DNA from: a virus
Lineage: Duplodnaviria > Caudoviricetes
Length of the DNA stretch: 53,660 bases
Strand: one strand, 5' to 3'
IMG/VR virus record: IMGVR_UViG_3300025887_000028
Span: 1-53,660 of that record
The notes under the pieces are model-generated. The model was not told where the DNA came from. It worked only from the letters and a program-made list of their open reading frames with translations, and did no database searches. How positions within the stretch are numbered: the first letter of the stretch is position 1; each line of letters opens with the position of its first letter. Both the position numbers and the translations under genes were made by a program. Below are positions 45,616 to 53,660 of this stretch, piece after piece.

Positions 45616-48135
45616 ATGAGTTTTTACACGTCTGTTCACAGATTTGGTAACAAGATTTTGTTTCGAGGGTATGATAATAAAGGTAATCGTCTTCATAAAA
45701 AAATTGCATTCAAACCCACACTATATCTCCAAACAAGTGATGCTGATACGGATTGGCACGCTCTCGACGGAACACCTGTTAAACCACTGAAACTTGAATC
45801 TATGAGTGAGATTAAAGAACTCTCCGAGACGTATAGTGATGTTGCAAACTTAAAAATATACGGTAACAACAACTGTGCGGTACAGTTCTTACAAGAAGCT
45901 TATCCAGGTAAGATTGATTACAAGTATAGTTTCTTGAATATCGGTAATATCGATATTGAGGTCGCATCTGACGATGGCTTTCCACATCCTGATCAAGCAG
46001 ATCATCCAGTAATCTCCATTGCATATAAGAGTAGTCTAAACAACATATACTATGTTTGGGGTTTGGATGACTATGACCCTTCAAAGTGTGAGCTTGATTT
46101 GAAGGGAGCATTAATTCGATATGTCAAGTGTCAAAGCGAAGGCGAGTTGCTACAGAAGTTTGTTGTTTTCTGGGAGAACAACTATCCAGATATCATCACT
46201 GGTTGGAACATTAGACTATTCGACATTCCATATCTCGTAAATCGTATCAGTAAGATTTGCGGTGAAAAGACGATGAAAGCTTTGTCGCCATGGAATATTG
46301 TCAACTATCGTGCTATCGGCGTCAAAGGTAAATCTCTAGACGCGTATGAAATTTACGGTGTACAGCAAGTTGACTACTATGATCTGTTTACCAAGTTTGC
46401 ATTCTCATATGGCAAGCAAGAATCGTATTCGCTTGATCACATTTCACATGTCGTGCTAGGCGAGAAGAAGTTGTCGTATGAAGAGCACGGTTCTTTGCAC
46501 ACGCTTTATAAAGAAGATCCTCAGAAATTTATTGACTATAACATTCGAGATGTGCAGCTTGTTGACGAGATTGATAAGCAAACAGGTTTGATGGATCTTG
46601 CTGTCACATTGGCTTATAAGGGTGCAGTCAACTATCCAGAAGTTTTTGGTACCACTGGTATCTGGGATAGTATCACATATAGATATCTGTCAGATAGAAA
46701 CATTGCTGTTCCACAAACCGAGTACAAATCTAAGGGTGATTATCCTGGTGGTTATGTGAAAGATCCTCACATCGGTATGCAGCAATGGGTAACTTCTTTC
46801 GATCTGAATTCACTATATCCAAATTTGATTGTTCAGTATAACATGTCTCCAGAGACATTGCTGACTGATCCACTCAATCGACTCATGGGTGGTGTAGATT
46901 ATTATATGAATGAGAACGCGACTTTACCGCAAGAAGCGATTGATATGGACGTCGCTGTTGCTGCAAATGGTACATGTTATCGCAAAGATAAGCGCGGCTT
47001 CATTCCAGAAATCATTATAGGTCTATATGACGAGCGCCGTGTCACAAAAAACAAGATGCTTGAAGTGCAGCAACAGAATGAACAGACGCCAAGCGCTGAT
47101 TTGAAAAGAGAGGCGAATCGTCTCAATAACACGCAGCAGGCTGTCAAGATTTTGCTGAACTCTTTGTATGGTGCTCTGGGCAACCAATATTTCAGATACT
47201 TTGATATTCGCATCGCTGAAGCAATTACACTATCTGGTCAGCTATCAATTAAGTGGGCTGAAAGTGCTATCAATAAGTCGATGAACAAAATCGTAAAAAC
47301 AGACAATGTTGATTATGTTATTGCCATTGACACAGATTCGCTTTATGTTAATATGAAACCGCTTGTAGATCAGATTAAACCGTCTGATCCTGTCAAATTC
47401 TTGGATAAAGCATGTTCGCAGAAATTTGAGCCAATCTTTGCTAAGGCATACGATAAACTATTTCATCATATGAATGCGTATGAGCCGCGCATGGAAATGG
47501 GTCGTGAAGTTATTGCCGATTATGGTGTTTGGACTGGTAAGAAACATTATATCTTGAATGTGCATAACAACGAAGGCGTTCAATATGCTGAGCCAAAGCT
47601 AAAAGTGATGGGACTTGAAGCAGTAAAATCGTCTACTCCGACGATTGTTCGTACTAAGTTTAGAGAAGCTTATAAGCTAATTTTGACTGGTAGCGAGAAA
47701 CAGTTGATCGAATTTGTTGAAAATTTTGAGAAAGAGTTTAAATCTCTACCAGCAGAAGATGTATCATTTCCTCGAGGTATTTCTGATATTGATAAATGGG
47801 TTGATCGTAACGCGCTATACAAGAAGGGTACTCCTATTCATGTTAGAGGCGCTATCTTGTTCAACTCGAAGATGCTTGAGTTGGGTCTGAATAAGTACAT
47901 GGACACGATTAAGAACGGTACAAAGGTGAAGTTCTGTTACTTGAAAACGCCCAATGTCCTTCGGGAAAATGTCATATCTTTTCCACAATATCTACCCAGA
48001 GAAATGGAATTGAATAACTACATCGACTACGATAAACAGTTTGAAAAATCATTTAAGGAACCTCTGCGACTTGTGACTGACTCTATTGGATGGAATTTAG
48101 AGAACGTAGCAACATTGGAAAGTTTCTTCGGATGA
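45616..48135 (+). CDS. gp43: Family B DNA polymerase gp43
   Basis: Exo DIEV, GWNIRLFD, SFDLNSLYP, KILLNSLYG, DTDS, C-terminal clamp-binding LESFFG. Confidence 0.98.
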   Translation: MSFYTSVHRFGNKILFRGYDNKGNRLHKKIAFKPTLYLQTSDADTDWHALDGTPVKPLKLESMSEIKELSETYSDVANLKIYGNNNCAVQFLQEAYPGKIDYKYSFLNIGNIDIEVASDDGFPHPDQADHPVISIAYKSSLNNIYYVWGLDDYDPSKCELDLKGALIRYVKCQSEGELLQKFVVFWENNYPDIITGWNIRLFDIPYLVNRISKICGEKTMKALSPWNIVNYRAIGVKGKSLDAYEIYGVQQVDYYDLFTKFAFSYGKQESYSLDHISHVVLGEKKLSYEEHGSLHTLYKEDPQKFIDYNIRDVQLVDEIDKQTGLMDLAVTLAYKGAVNYPEVFGTTGIWDSITYRYLSDRNIAVPQTEYKSKGDYPGGYVKDPHIGMQQWVTSFDLNSLYPNLIVQYNMSPETLLTDPLNRLMGGVDYYMNENATLPQEAIDMDVAVAANGTCYRKDKRGFIPEIIIGLYDERRVTKNKMLEVQQQNEQTPSADLKREANRLNNTQQAVKILLNSLYGALGNQYFRYFDIRIAEAITLSGQLSIKWAESAINKSMNKIVKTDNVDYVIAIDTDSLYVNMKPLVDQIKPSDPVKFLDKACSQKFEPIFAKAYDKLFHHMNAYEPRMEMGREVIADYGVWTGKKHYILNVHNNEGVQYAEPKLKVMGLEAVKSSTPTIVRTKFREAYKLILTGSEKQLIEFVENFEKEFKSLPAEDVSFPRGISDIDKWVDRNALYKKGTPIHVRGAILFNSKMLELGLNKYMDTIKNGTKVKFCYLKTPNVLRENVISFPQYLPREMELNNYIDYDKQFEKSFKEPLRLVTDSIGWNLENVATLESFFG

Positions 48136-48160
48136 AATATACTACAATGAGGGGACTAAT

Positions 48161-48427
48161 ATGACTGATGATATTTTTGACTTTGGTTTTACTGCCGTTA
48201 CAGAAGACGATCTAGCCTCTGTTGAAATCTCAAAGAAGATTGCGCAGGAGACAGAAGAAACCGCAAACGATTTGCAGAAACGTTTAGAGAGAATGCATAA
48301 TGCCATTACACCTCTACTCGAAAATTTAAAGAAAAATCCCGAAAAAGAGTATATTTTATGGCCTGATAGGGTGTCAAAAATTGAAGAGTTTCAATCAAAA
48401 TTACTTGACATTTATCAAGGTACATGA
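48161..48427 (+). CDS. Hypothetical protein
   Basis: FDFGFTAV...PLLENLKKNPEKEYILWPDR; gagg SD. Confidence 0.75.
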   Translation: MTDDIFDFGFTAVTEDDLASVEISKKIAQETEETANDLQKRLERMHNAITPLLENLKKNPEKEYILWPDRVSKIEEFQSKLLDIYQGT

Positions 48428-48433
48428 TATATT
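48405..48433 (+). promoter_or_regulatory. sigma70 promoter for uvsX
   Basis: TTGACA-N17-TATATT. Confidence 0.75.
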
Positions 48434-48459
48434 AAAGAGATTATAACAAGAGGTAATAC

Positions 48460-49545
48460 ATGTCACTATTAGAAAAACTTATCAAATCGAGTACCATTAA
48501 ATTGACAGCGCCAATTATGGACTCAAAGGTCTTTGGCAAAAAAGACATGGCACCAACATCTGTTCCAATGGTAAACGTAGCGTTATCGGGTCGCGTTGAC
48601 GGTGGCTTGGTGCCTGGCTTGCTTATGCTTGCTGGTCCAAGCAAACACTTCAAATCGGCGTTTGCTTTGCTTATGGCTGCAGCCTATCTGAAAAAGTATG
48701 ATGATGCTATTATTCTGTTTTACGATTCAGAATTTGGTACTCCACAATCATACTTCGAATCTTTTGGCATTGACATGAACCGTGTTATTCACACACCAAT
48801 CAAAGATGTCGAGGAATTGAAGTTTGATATCATGAAGCAACTTGACAACATTGAAAAGAAAGATAACGTTCTTATTCTTATCGATTCTATTGGTAACCTC
48901 GCTTCAAAGAAAGAAGTGGACGATGCTATGGACGGCAAATCAGTTGCTGATATGTCTCGTGCAAAACAGATGAAGTCTCTGTTCCGTATGGTAACACCTC
49001 ACTTGAACCTCAAAGACATTCCTTTGATTGCGGTCAACCATACGTATAAAGAGATCGGTTTGTATCCCAAAGATATCGTGTCTGGCGGTACCGGAGCGTA
49101 CTATTCCGCAGATGCCATTTGGATCATTGGTCGTCAGCAAGAGAAAGATGGTACTGAGATTGCAGGCTATCACTTCGTAATTAATATTGAGAAGTCTCGA
49201 CATGTGCGCGAGAAGTCTAAGATTCCGATCACTGTTACGTTCGACGGTGGCATTGCAAAGTGGTCAGGATTACTTGATGTTGCAGAGAAGGGTGGCTATA
49301 TTCGTAAACCTAAAGTTGGTTGGTACGAGGCTCTTGATCCCGAAACTGGTGAAGTTCTAACTGAGAAGTTGCTACGAGCAAAAGAAATTCTTTCAAGTGG
49401 AGATTTCTGGAAAATGATGTTTGAGAAAACTGATCTTGCATCTTACATCAAAAAGCGTTATACTGTAGGAACAGGCTCACTCTTTACAGAAGAAGTGAGT
49501 GATTCGCCTTTGCCTGCTGATATAGAAGAAAACGATAATCAATAA
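48460..49545 (+). CDS. uvsX: RecA-like recombinase UvsX
   Basis: AGPSKHFKS, YDSEFG, DSIGNLASKKE, SGGTG. Confidence 0.96.
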   Translation: MSLLEKLIKSSTIKLTAPIMDSKVFGKKDMAPTSVPMVNVALSGRVDGGLVPGLLMLAGPSKHFKSAFALLMAAAYLKKYDDAIILFYDSEFGTPQSYFESFGIDMNRVIHTPIKDVEELKFDIMKQLDNIEKKDNVLILIDSIGNLASKKEVDDAMDGKSVADMSRAKQMKSLFRMVTPHLNLKDIPLIAVNHTYKEIGLYPKDIVSGGTGAYYSADAIWIIGRQQEKDGTEIAGYHFVINIEKSRHVREKSKIPITVTFDGGIAKWSGLLDVAEKGGYIRKPKVGWYEALDPETGEVLTEKLLRAKEILSSGDFWKMMFEKTDLASYIKKRYTVGTGSLFTEEVSDSPLPADIEENDNQ

Positions 49546-49559
49546 ATCGGAGCATTACG

Positions 49560-50993
49560 TTGATTGAAAGAACTATTCTTGCAAATCTAATGTCGAATGA
49601 CAATTTCACGCGGAAAACGATACCGTTCATTGAACCAGAATATTTCGATGATTATGAAGAACGGCATCTTTTCAATGAAATTAGATCGTACATTGACAAA
49701 TACAATGGGCTTCCTACCAAGGAAGCCCTACACATTACGCTGGGTGAAAATGATAGTTTAACAGAAGATCAGTTTACGAAGGTAAGTAGAATTGTTGACG
49801 AGCTTGAATATGACCCAGCAACTGATATTGACTGGCTTGTAGATAAAGCGGAAAAGTTCTGTCAAGATAAAGCAATATACAATGCCGTCAAGAAATCAAT
49901 TCTTATACTTGACGACCGTGATAAACAATATGACAAAGGCTCTATTCCAGAGTTGTTGTCAGATGCGCTGGGCGTTTCTTTCGACAGCAATATTGGTCAC
50001 GACTTTCTTGATAACTCTCAAGAGCGTTACGACTTTTATCACGCGAAAGAGGATAAGATTGCGTTTGATCTTGAATACTTTAATGAAATCACCAAGGGCG
50101 GTCTATCACGCAAAGCTTTGAGTGTTGCCTTGGCAGGCACAGGCGTTGGTAAAACTCTATTCATGACACATTGTGCATCTGCAAATCTGATGGCAGGCAA
50201 TAACGTGCTATATATTACTATGGAAATGGCAGAAGAGCGTATTGCCGAGCGCATTGATGCTAACCTATTGGACGTTTCACTTGATGATTTACGTATGCTT
50301 ACGCGTGAAGCGTATGATTCGCGAATCGCTCGTGTCAAAACGCGTACAACAGGTAAGTTGATTGTTAAAGAGTATCCTACAGCATCTGCTGGTTCAGCCC
50401 ACTTTAGACATTTGTTGAATGAGCTTAGACTAAAGAAGAACTTCAAACCAGATGTTATCTATATCGACTATCTAAATATCTGTATGAGTTCACGAGTTAA
50501 ATATGGCGCAAACGTGAATTCATATACATTGGTGAAAGCTATCGCAGAAGAATTGCGTGGTCTGGCAGTCGAATTTAATGTGCCTGTTATGACTGCGACA
50601 CAGACAACTCGCTCAGGTTTCTCTAATTCAGATGTTGGTCTAGAAGATACTTCAGAATCTTTTGGTCTACCAGCGACTGCAGACTTCATGTTTGCACTTA
50701 TCTCTACAGAGGACCTCGAAGAGCTTGGGCAACTTATGGTAAAGCAGTTGAAAAATCGTTGGGGTGATGTTGGTGCACCTAAACGATTTGTTGTAGGTAT
50801 CGATAGGTCTAAAATGCGACTCTTCGATGCAGAAGAGTCTGCTCAGCAAGGTATTATGGGTTCACCATCAGGCAATAAAAAGAACAATGATGTTGCACTT
50901 ATGGATGATACAGCATTCGGCGGACGTCTAGAAGACGAAATGCGATCTGGTAGAGGTAAACATAAAAAGAGAAGTTTTGAGGGCGTAGTCTAA
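49560..50993 (+). CDS. gp41: Replicative helicase gp41
   Basis: AGTGVGKT, KEYPT, IDYLNI, TSESFGLPATAD, KQLKNR; TTG start. Confidence 0.97.
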   Translation: MIERTILANLMSNDNFTRKTIPFIEPEYFDDYEERHLFNEIRSYIDKYNGLPTKEALHITLGENDSLTEDQFTKVSRIVDELEYDPATDIDWLVDKAEKFCQDKAIYNAVKKSILILDDRDKQYDKGSIPELLSDALGVSFDSNIGHDFLDNSQERYDFYHAKEDKIAFDLEYFNEITKGGLSRKALSVALAGTGVGKTLFMTHCASANLMAGNNVLYITMEMAEERIAERIDANLLDVSLDDLRMLTREAYDSRIARVKTRTTGKLIVKEYPTASAGSAHFRHLLNELRLKKNFKPDVIYIDYLNICMSSRVKYGANVNSYTLVKAIAEELRGLAVEFNVPVMTATQTTRSGFSNSDVGLEDTSESFGLPATADFMFALISTEDLEELGQLMVKQLKNRWGDVGAPKRFVVGIDRSKMRLFDAEESAQQGIMGSPSGNKKNNDVALMDDTAFGGRLEDEMRSGRGKHKKRSFEGVV

Positions 50994-51172
50994 TGTATAC
51001 CGTAAAGGAAAATAATGATACCAGTAAATGGGAAATCTACGAGATCACTACAGATCAGCGTGTACAGAGTTGTAGAACCAAAGACGAAGCAAGGCGATTA
51101 ACGAGATTGTTAAACCTAGGATCAGGCTTCAACGGTTTTACGCCAAGGTTCATCACGGTCGAGTACATTTGA
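50993..51172 (+). CDS. Small hypothetical protein (59 aa)
   Basis: Not in ORF track: MYTVKE...LNLGSGFNGFTPRF; TAATG overlap with gp41. Confidence 0.7.
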   Translation: MYTVKENNDTSKWEIYEITTDQRVQSCRTKDEARRLTRLLNLGSGFNGFTPRFITVEYI

Positions 51173-51181
51173 GACATCCAC

Positions 51182-51224
51182 AAACAAAAAGAAAGGTCGT
51201 CCAATAGAACGACCTTTCTTTAAA
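51182..51224. terminator. Bidirectional rho-independent terminator
   Basis: aagaaaggtcgt-ccaataga-acgacctttctt, 12-bp perfect stem with A run before and T run after. Confidence 0.85.
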
Positions 51225-51360
51225 TTTGATCAATGCGCGATGTCGAGAGGAACCCCACCTGCACTAAACGTGCCGCCCCGACTATTCCTTTCGTGATGTT
51301 GAATTTATCTCTGATCACACTTGCCTCTTATGCTATGCATAGCTCCACGCACCCATGACG
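51185..51360 (-). ncRNA. Candidate structured late non-coding RNA (~175 nt)
   Basis: Minus-strand TATAAATA at 51362-51369, terminator at 51189-51220, several complementary segments, no ORF longer than a few codons. Confidence 0.6.
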
Positions 51361-51361
51361 T

Positions 51362-51369
51362 TATTTATA
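51362..51369 (-). promoter_or_regulatory. Late promoter TATAAATA on the minus strand
   Basis: TATTTATA on + strand in an intergenic region. Confidence 0.7.
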
Positions 51370-51391
51370 CAAATAGAAACCTGGAAACCAC

Positions 51392-51420
51392 TTGACAATG
51401 AACTTTTTTTCAATTATATT
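51392..51420 (+). promoter_or_regulatory. sigma70 promoter
   Basis: TTGACA-N17-TATATT. Confidence 0.7.
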
Positions 51421-51437
51421 GATTTTGTAGCAAAGAG

Positions 51438-51845
51438 GTGATAATGCTTTACGAAATCGAAGGTATAAGTTCGCATTTTGATGTTGAAGAACTTGATAGC
51501 GTTGTGTTTCATGCTATCAAGTTCCTTTCTATGCCTGAGAATACGCTGCTCACCATTCGCTTCTCTGATGATATCGAGTCAGCTGGATATTGTGATGAAG
51601 TTGACTTGGACGAAGGTATCGTTGAAATTGAACTAAATAATAGTCTTGATTTAAACGAAACTATTATGACAATTTTTCATGAGATGGTGCATTGTCGTCA
51701 AATACTTGAAGGACGACTTGTGCAAGGTAATCCTAGTACGTGGGATGGTATAGAGTATACATGCGACTACATGAATTTACCTTGGGAAATAGAGGCATAT
51801 GCACTAGAAGGAAGAATGTATGAAGAATATCGAGAATCTAGATAA
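51438..51845 (+). CDS. Putative zincin-like metallopeptidase
   Basis: TIFHEMVHCRQ (HExxH) and PWEIEAY; start may be ATG 51444. Confidence 0.75.
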   Translation: MIMLYEIEGISSHFDVEELDSVVFHAIKFLSMPENTLLTIRFSDDIESAGYCDEVDLDEGIVEIELNNSLDLNETIMTIFHEMVHCRQILEGRLVQGNPSTWDGIEYTCDYMNLPWEIEAYALEGRMYEEYRESR

Positions 51846-52122
51846 AGAATTTATGGACGTCACCGATAGAGATATTGATATGTTGGTACCATGGTTTTTG
51901 ATGGCATCATATGCATATGACGTTCAAGAAGAACCAATTCTGAGTGATGCCACATATGATAAAATGCTTAGGCGAATGATTGATAACTGGGACGATATCA
52001 ACCATCCGAACAAACATTATATACTAAAAGATGATCTTGAAACTGGAAAGTTTCGATGTGAATACCCCAAACGCGTCAAAGACGCTATTAATACTTTGAA
52101 GGACTCTTGCTATGAAAAATAA
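51820..52122 (+). CDS. Small protein resembling NAD-dependent DNA ligase subdomain Ia
   Basis: ASYAYDVQEEPILSDATYDKM vs LigA YY....P..SD..YD. Confidence 0.55.
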   Translation: MKNIENLDKEFMDVTDRDIDMLVPWFLMASYAYDVQEEPILSDATYDKMLRRMIDNWDDINHPNKHYILKDDLETGKFRCEYPKRVKDAINTLKDSCYEK

Positions 52123-52276
52123 AACACTCCGAGATGAAATCGTTGATGCACTTGACGAAGCTCGTATACTGGAATGTGCGATGGAACGATTTGATAGAGA
52201 TCGTATGCTATTTGTTGCGCAGAGATTAAGTGGCGCGCCGTACTCATTTATTACAGAAGTATATTCAAAACTTTAA
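52112..52276 (+). CDS. Small hypothetical protein (54 aa)
   Basis: Not in ORF track: MKNKTLRDEIVDALDEARILECAM...; agga SD; fills the gap. Confidence 0.55.
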   Translation: MKNKTLRDEIVDALDEARILECAMERFDRDRMLFVAQRLSGAPYSFITEVYSKL

Positions 52277-52277
52277 A

Positions 52278-52607
52278 ATGCCAAAAGCAAAGCAGAGTAA
52301 ACAAGAGAGAGCAGCGCAAGCCAAGAAAGAACACGAAGCATGGCTTGTTTCAATGGGATACAAAGGCGGTAAGTCGCTAAGAGGTAAACATGGTCGTAGA
52401 ATTGGGGTTCATTCTGTTCCTAACTTGCGTGATGGCATACACGAAATGCCAGACACGTCTGATGCTATCTGTAGTAACGGTAGTAAACGAGAGTCCGCAA
52501 AGTATACAGGTACACTCGTCAAAGGTATTGCCACGATGCACAAATCGAACGCAGTTCCTATAACAAGCGGTGAACAAGCAATTGAGATATCGAAAATGAG
52601 GCGCTGA
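52278..52607 (+). CDS. Basic hypothetical protein
   Basis: ATG 52278; YTGTLVKGIATMHKSNAVP...ISKMRR. Confidence 0.7.
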   Translation: MPKAKQSKQERAAQAKKEHEAWLVSMGYKGGKSLRGKHGRRIGVHSVPNLRDGIHEMPDTSDAICSNGSKRESAKYTGTLVKGIATMHKSNAVPITSGEQAIEISKMRR

Positions 52608-52621
52608 TGCGTCTCTTTTTT
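52598..52621 (+). terminator. Rho-independent terminator
   Basis: gaggcgc-tgat-gcgtctc-tttttt. Confidence 0.75.
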
Positions 52622-52625
52622 GTTA

Positions 52626-52633
52626 TATAAATA
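52626..52633 (+). promoter_or_regulatory. Late promoter TATAAATA
   Basis: Exact consensus after the terminator. Confidence 0.8.
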
Positions 52634-52656
52634 GACGTATGACAAAGGAGAAAAAC

Positions 52657-53586
52657 ATGGCAATGACTTTTAGAGAATTCATGTTGACGGAAAGCACGTT
52701 GACAGAATTAAAAGACTCTATCTCTACAATGGGATATAGAGAAATCAAAGACTTGTCTTCACGTCGTTTTAAGGTTCTTGTTCCTGCTAAAGACCGTATG
52801 AAAGTCGCAGAAAAGATTGTTGATAAACTCGGCGGCAAACTGGCAACGACAGGCACCGATGCAGGCAAACCTGTTATAGAATTTGTCGGAGGTTTGAAAG
52901 TATATATCAAACCTAAACCAGGCAGCGGCGTAGGTGGAACTGCAAAAGAAGATGCACAGCTTTCTTCACTGCAAAAGCAGATACAAGCCGAGCTAGAAAA
53001 AACAAACTTAATGGAGTTGCCAATCATGATTGGTAACAGATACTATAACGTAGCAGGCGCCGCGACAACTTCAGGAACTCCAAAATCTGATTTTCACCTT
53101 CTAAATCTAAAAGGTGAAGAGGTTGTCTGGATATCACATAAAGATGGTTCTAAAGCAAAAGACTTTCAACAATGGGGCGGCATGAGCCCAAGGTCGGAGC
53201 CAGAGATTGCGAATCATATAGAGACGAAAAAGTTTGTCGAAGATGTGAAAGACTTGTTCGGCGACACTATGCCGAGAGCTACGACAGTTAGTAGAAAAGT
53301 TAAAGACGCCAAGCTGGCTGGTATGTCAATTTACGGTAACAAATTTGGCTCTGCGTTAGGTAGACAGAACGTTACACTGTTGTTGCAAGGTCCCGTAAAA
53401 TTAGTTAAAAAGAAAGACCATTATGTATTGACTTCTAACCACACATCTGTTAATGGTGATGTGATGACAGGAGGATATGCGCCAGTATTCATGGCGATAT
53501 ATAAAGGTGATAGAAGTAACTTTGGTGTCAAGGGCGCACGTTTTGCCATACAACCAGCGAATTCCAGAAAGTCAAGAGGCGTATAA
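52657..53586 (+). CDS. Late protein with a putative PD-(D/E)xK nuclease-like domain and capsid-targeting-like N-terminus
   Basis: MTFREFMLTE; KED, TPKSDF......WISHKDG....FQQWGG; aggag SD. Confidence 0.55.
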   Translation: MAMTFREFMLTESTLTELKDSISTMGYREIKDLSSRRFKVLVPAKDRMKVAEKIVDKLGGKLATTGTDAGKPVIEFVGGLKVYIKPKPGSGVGGTAKEDAQLSSLQKQIQAELEKTNLMELPIMIGNRYYNVAGAATTSGTPKSDFHLLNLKGEEVVWISHKDGSKAKDFQQWGGMSPRSEPEIANHIETKKFVEDVKDLFGDTMPRATTVSRKVKDAKLAGMSIYGNKFGSALGRQNVTLLLQGPVKLVKKKDHYVLTSNHTSVNGDVMTGGYAPVFMAIYKGDRSNFGVKGARFAIQPANSRKSRGV

Positions 53587-53660
53587 TGTTAAAATTTTCA
53601 TCGTTTCTAGCAGAAGAGAAGAATACGCACCTTGAGCACCTTGAGGATGCTATCCTCAAC
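53586..53660 (+). CDS. Partial CDS with a capsid-targeting-like N-terminus
   Basis: MLKFSSFLAEEKNTHLEHLEDAILN; TAATG overlap. Confidence 0.7.
   Translation, partial: MLKFSSFLAEEKNTHLEHLEDAILN

Noticed and set aside
45616-50993. Introns, inteins or homing endonucleases in gp43, uvsX, gp41 (also gp17, gp20, gp23)
   Set aside because: All are uninterrupted and of normal length; the only HNH is fused to DUF262
51225-51360. tRNA or small peptide in the intergenic region after gp41
   Set aside because: No cloverleaf, T-loop or CCA; the minus-strand ATG gives only MGAWSYA

Overview
A 53.7-kb segment of a T4-like myovirus genome with the cyanophage/alphaproteobacterial-phage gene order: gp13-gp14-gp15-gp16-gp17-gp18-gp19-gp20, a ~10.5-kb insert, prohead core genes-gp21-gp22-gp23-gp3-uvsY-uvsW-gp55-gp47-gp46, an accessory block, gp45-gp44-gp62-regA-hsp20-gp43-uvsX-gp41. 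T4 late promoters (TATAAATA) and near-consensus sigma70 promoters (TTGACA-N17-TAnnnT) are clearly visible. Circumstantial signs (ROSE thermometer, GcrA-like YGAKTCG sites in promoters, DUF465-like protein) point to an alphaproteobacterial host. Most notable: (1) a candidate DNA-hypermodification and discrimination locus between gp46 and gp45 (cytidylyltransferase, FkbM methyltransferase, TAGT/GREB1-like glycosyltransferase, GmrSD-like DUF262-HNH protein, DexA, dATP/dGTP diphosphohydrolase, second GT-A glycosyltransferase); (2) a minus-strand, structured ~175-nt ncRNA candidate with its own late promoter and terminator after gp41; (3) tandem FG-GAP beta-propeller genes made of near-identical 171-bp blades (3x7 in the complete gene); (4) a late accessory structural module between portal and prohead core with a collagen, a YkgJ-like Cys-cluster protein and three apparent paralogs. 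All family assignments come from motif recognition by eye, not database searches. No tRNA, rRNA, CRISPR, intron or intein was seen.
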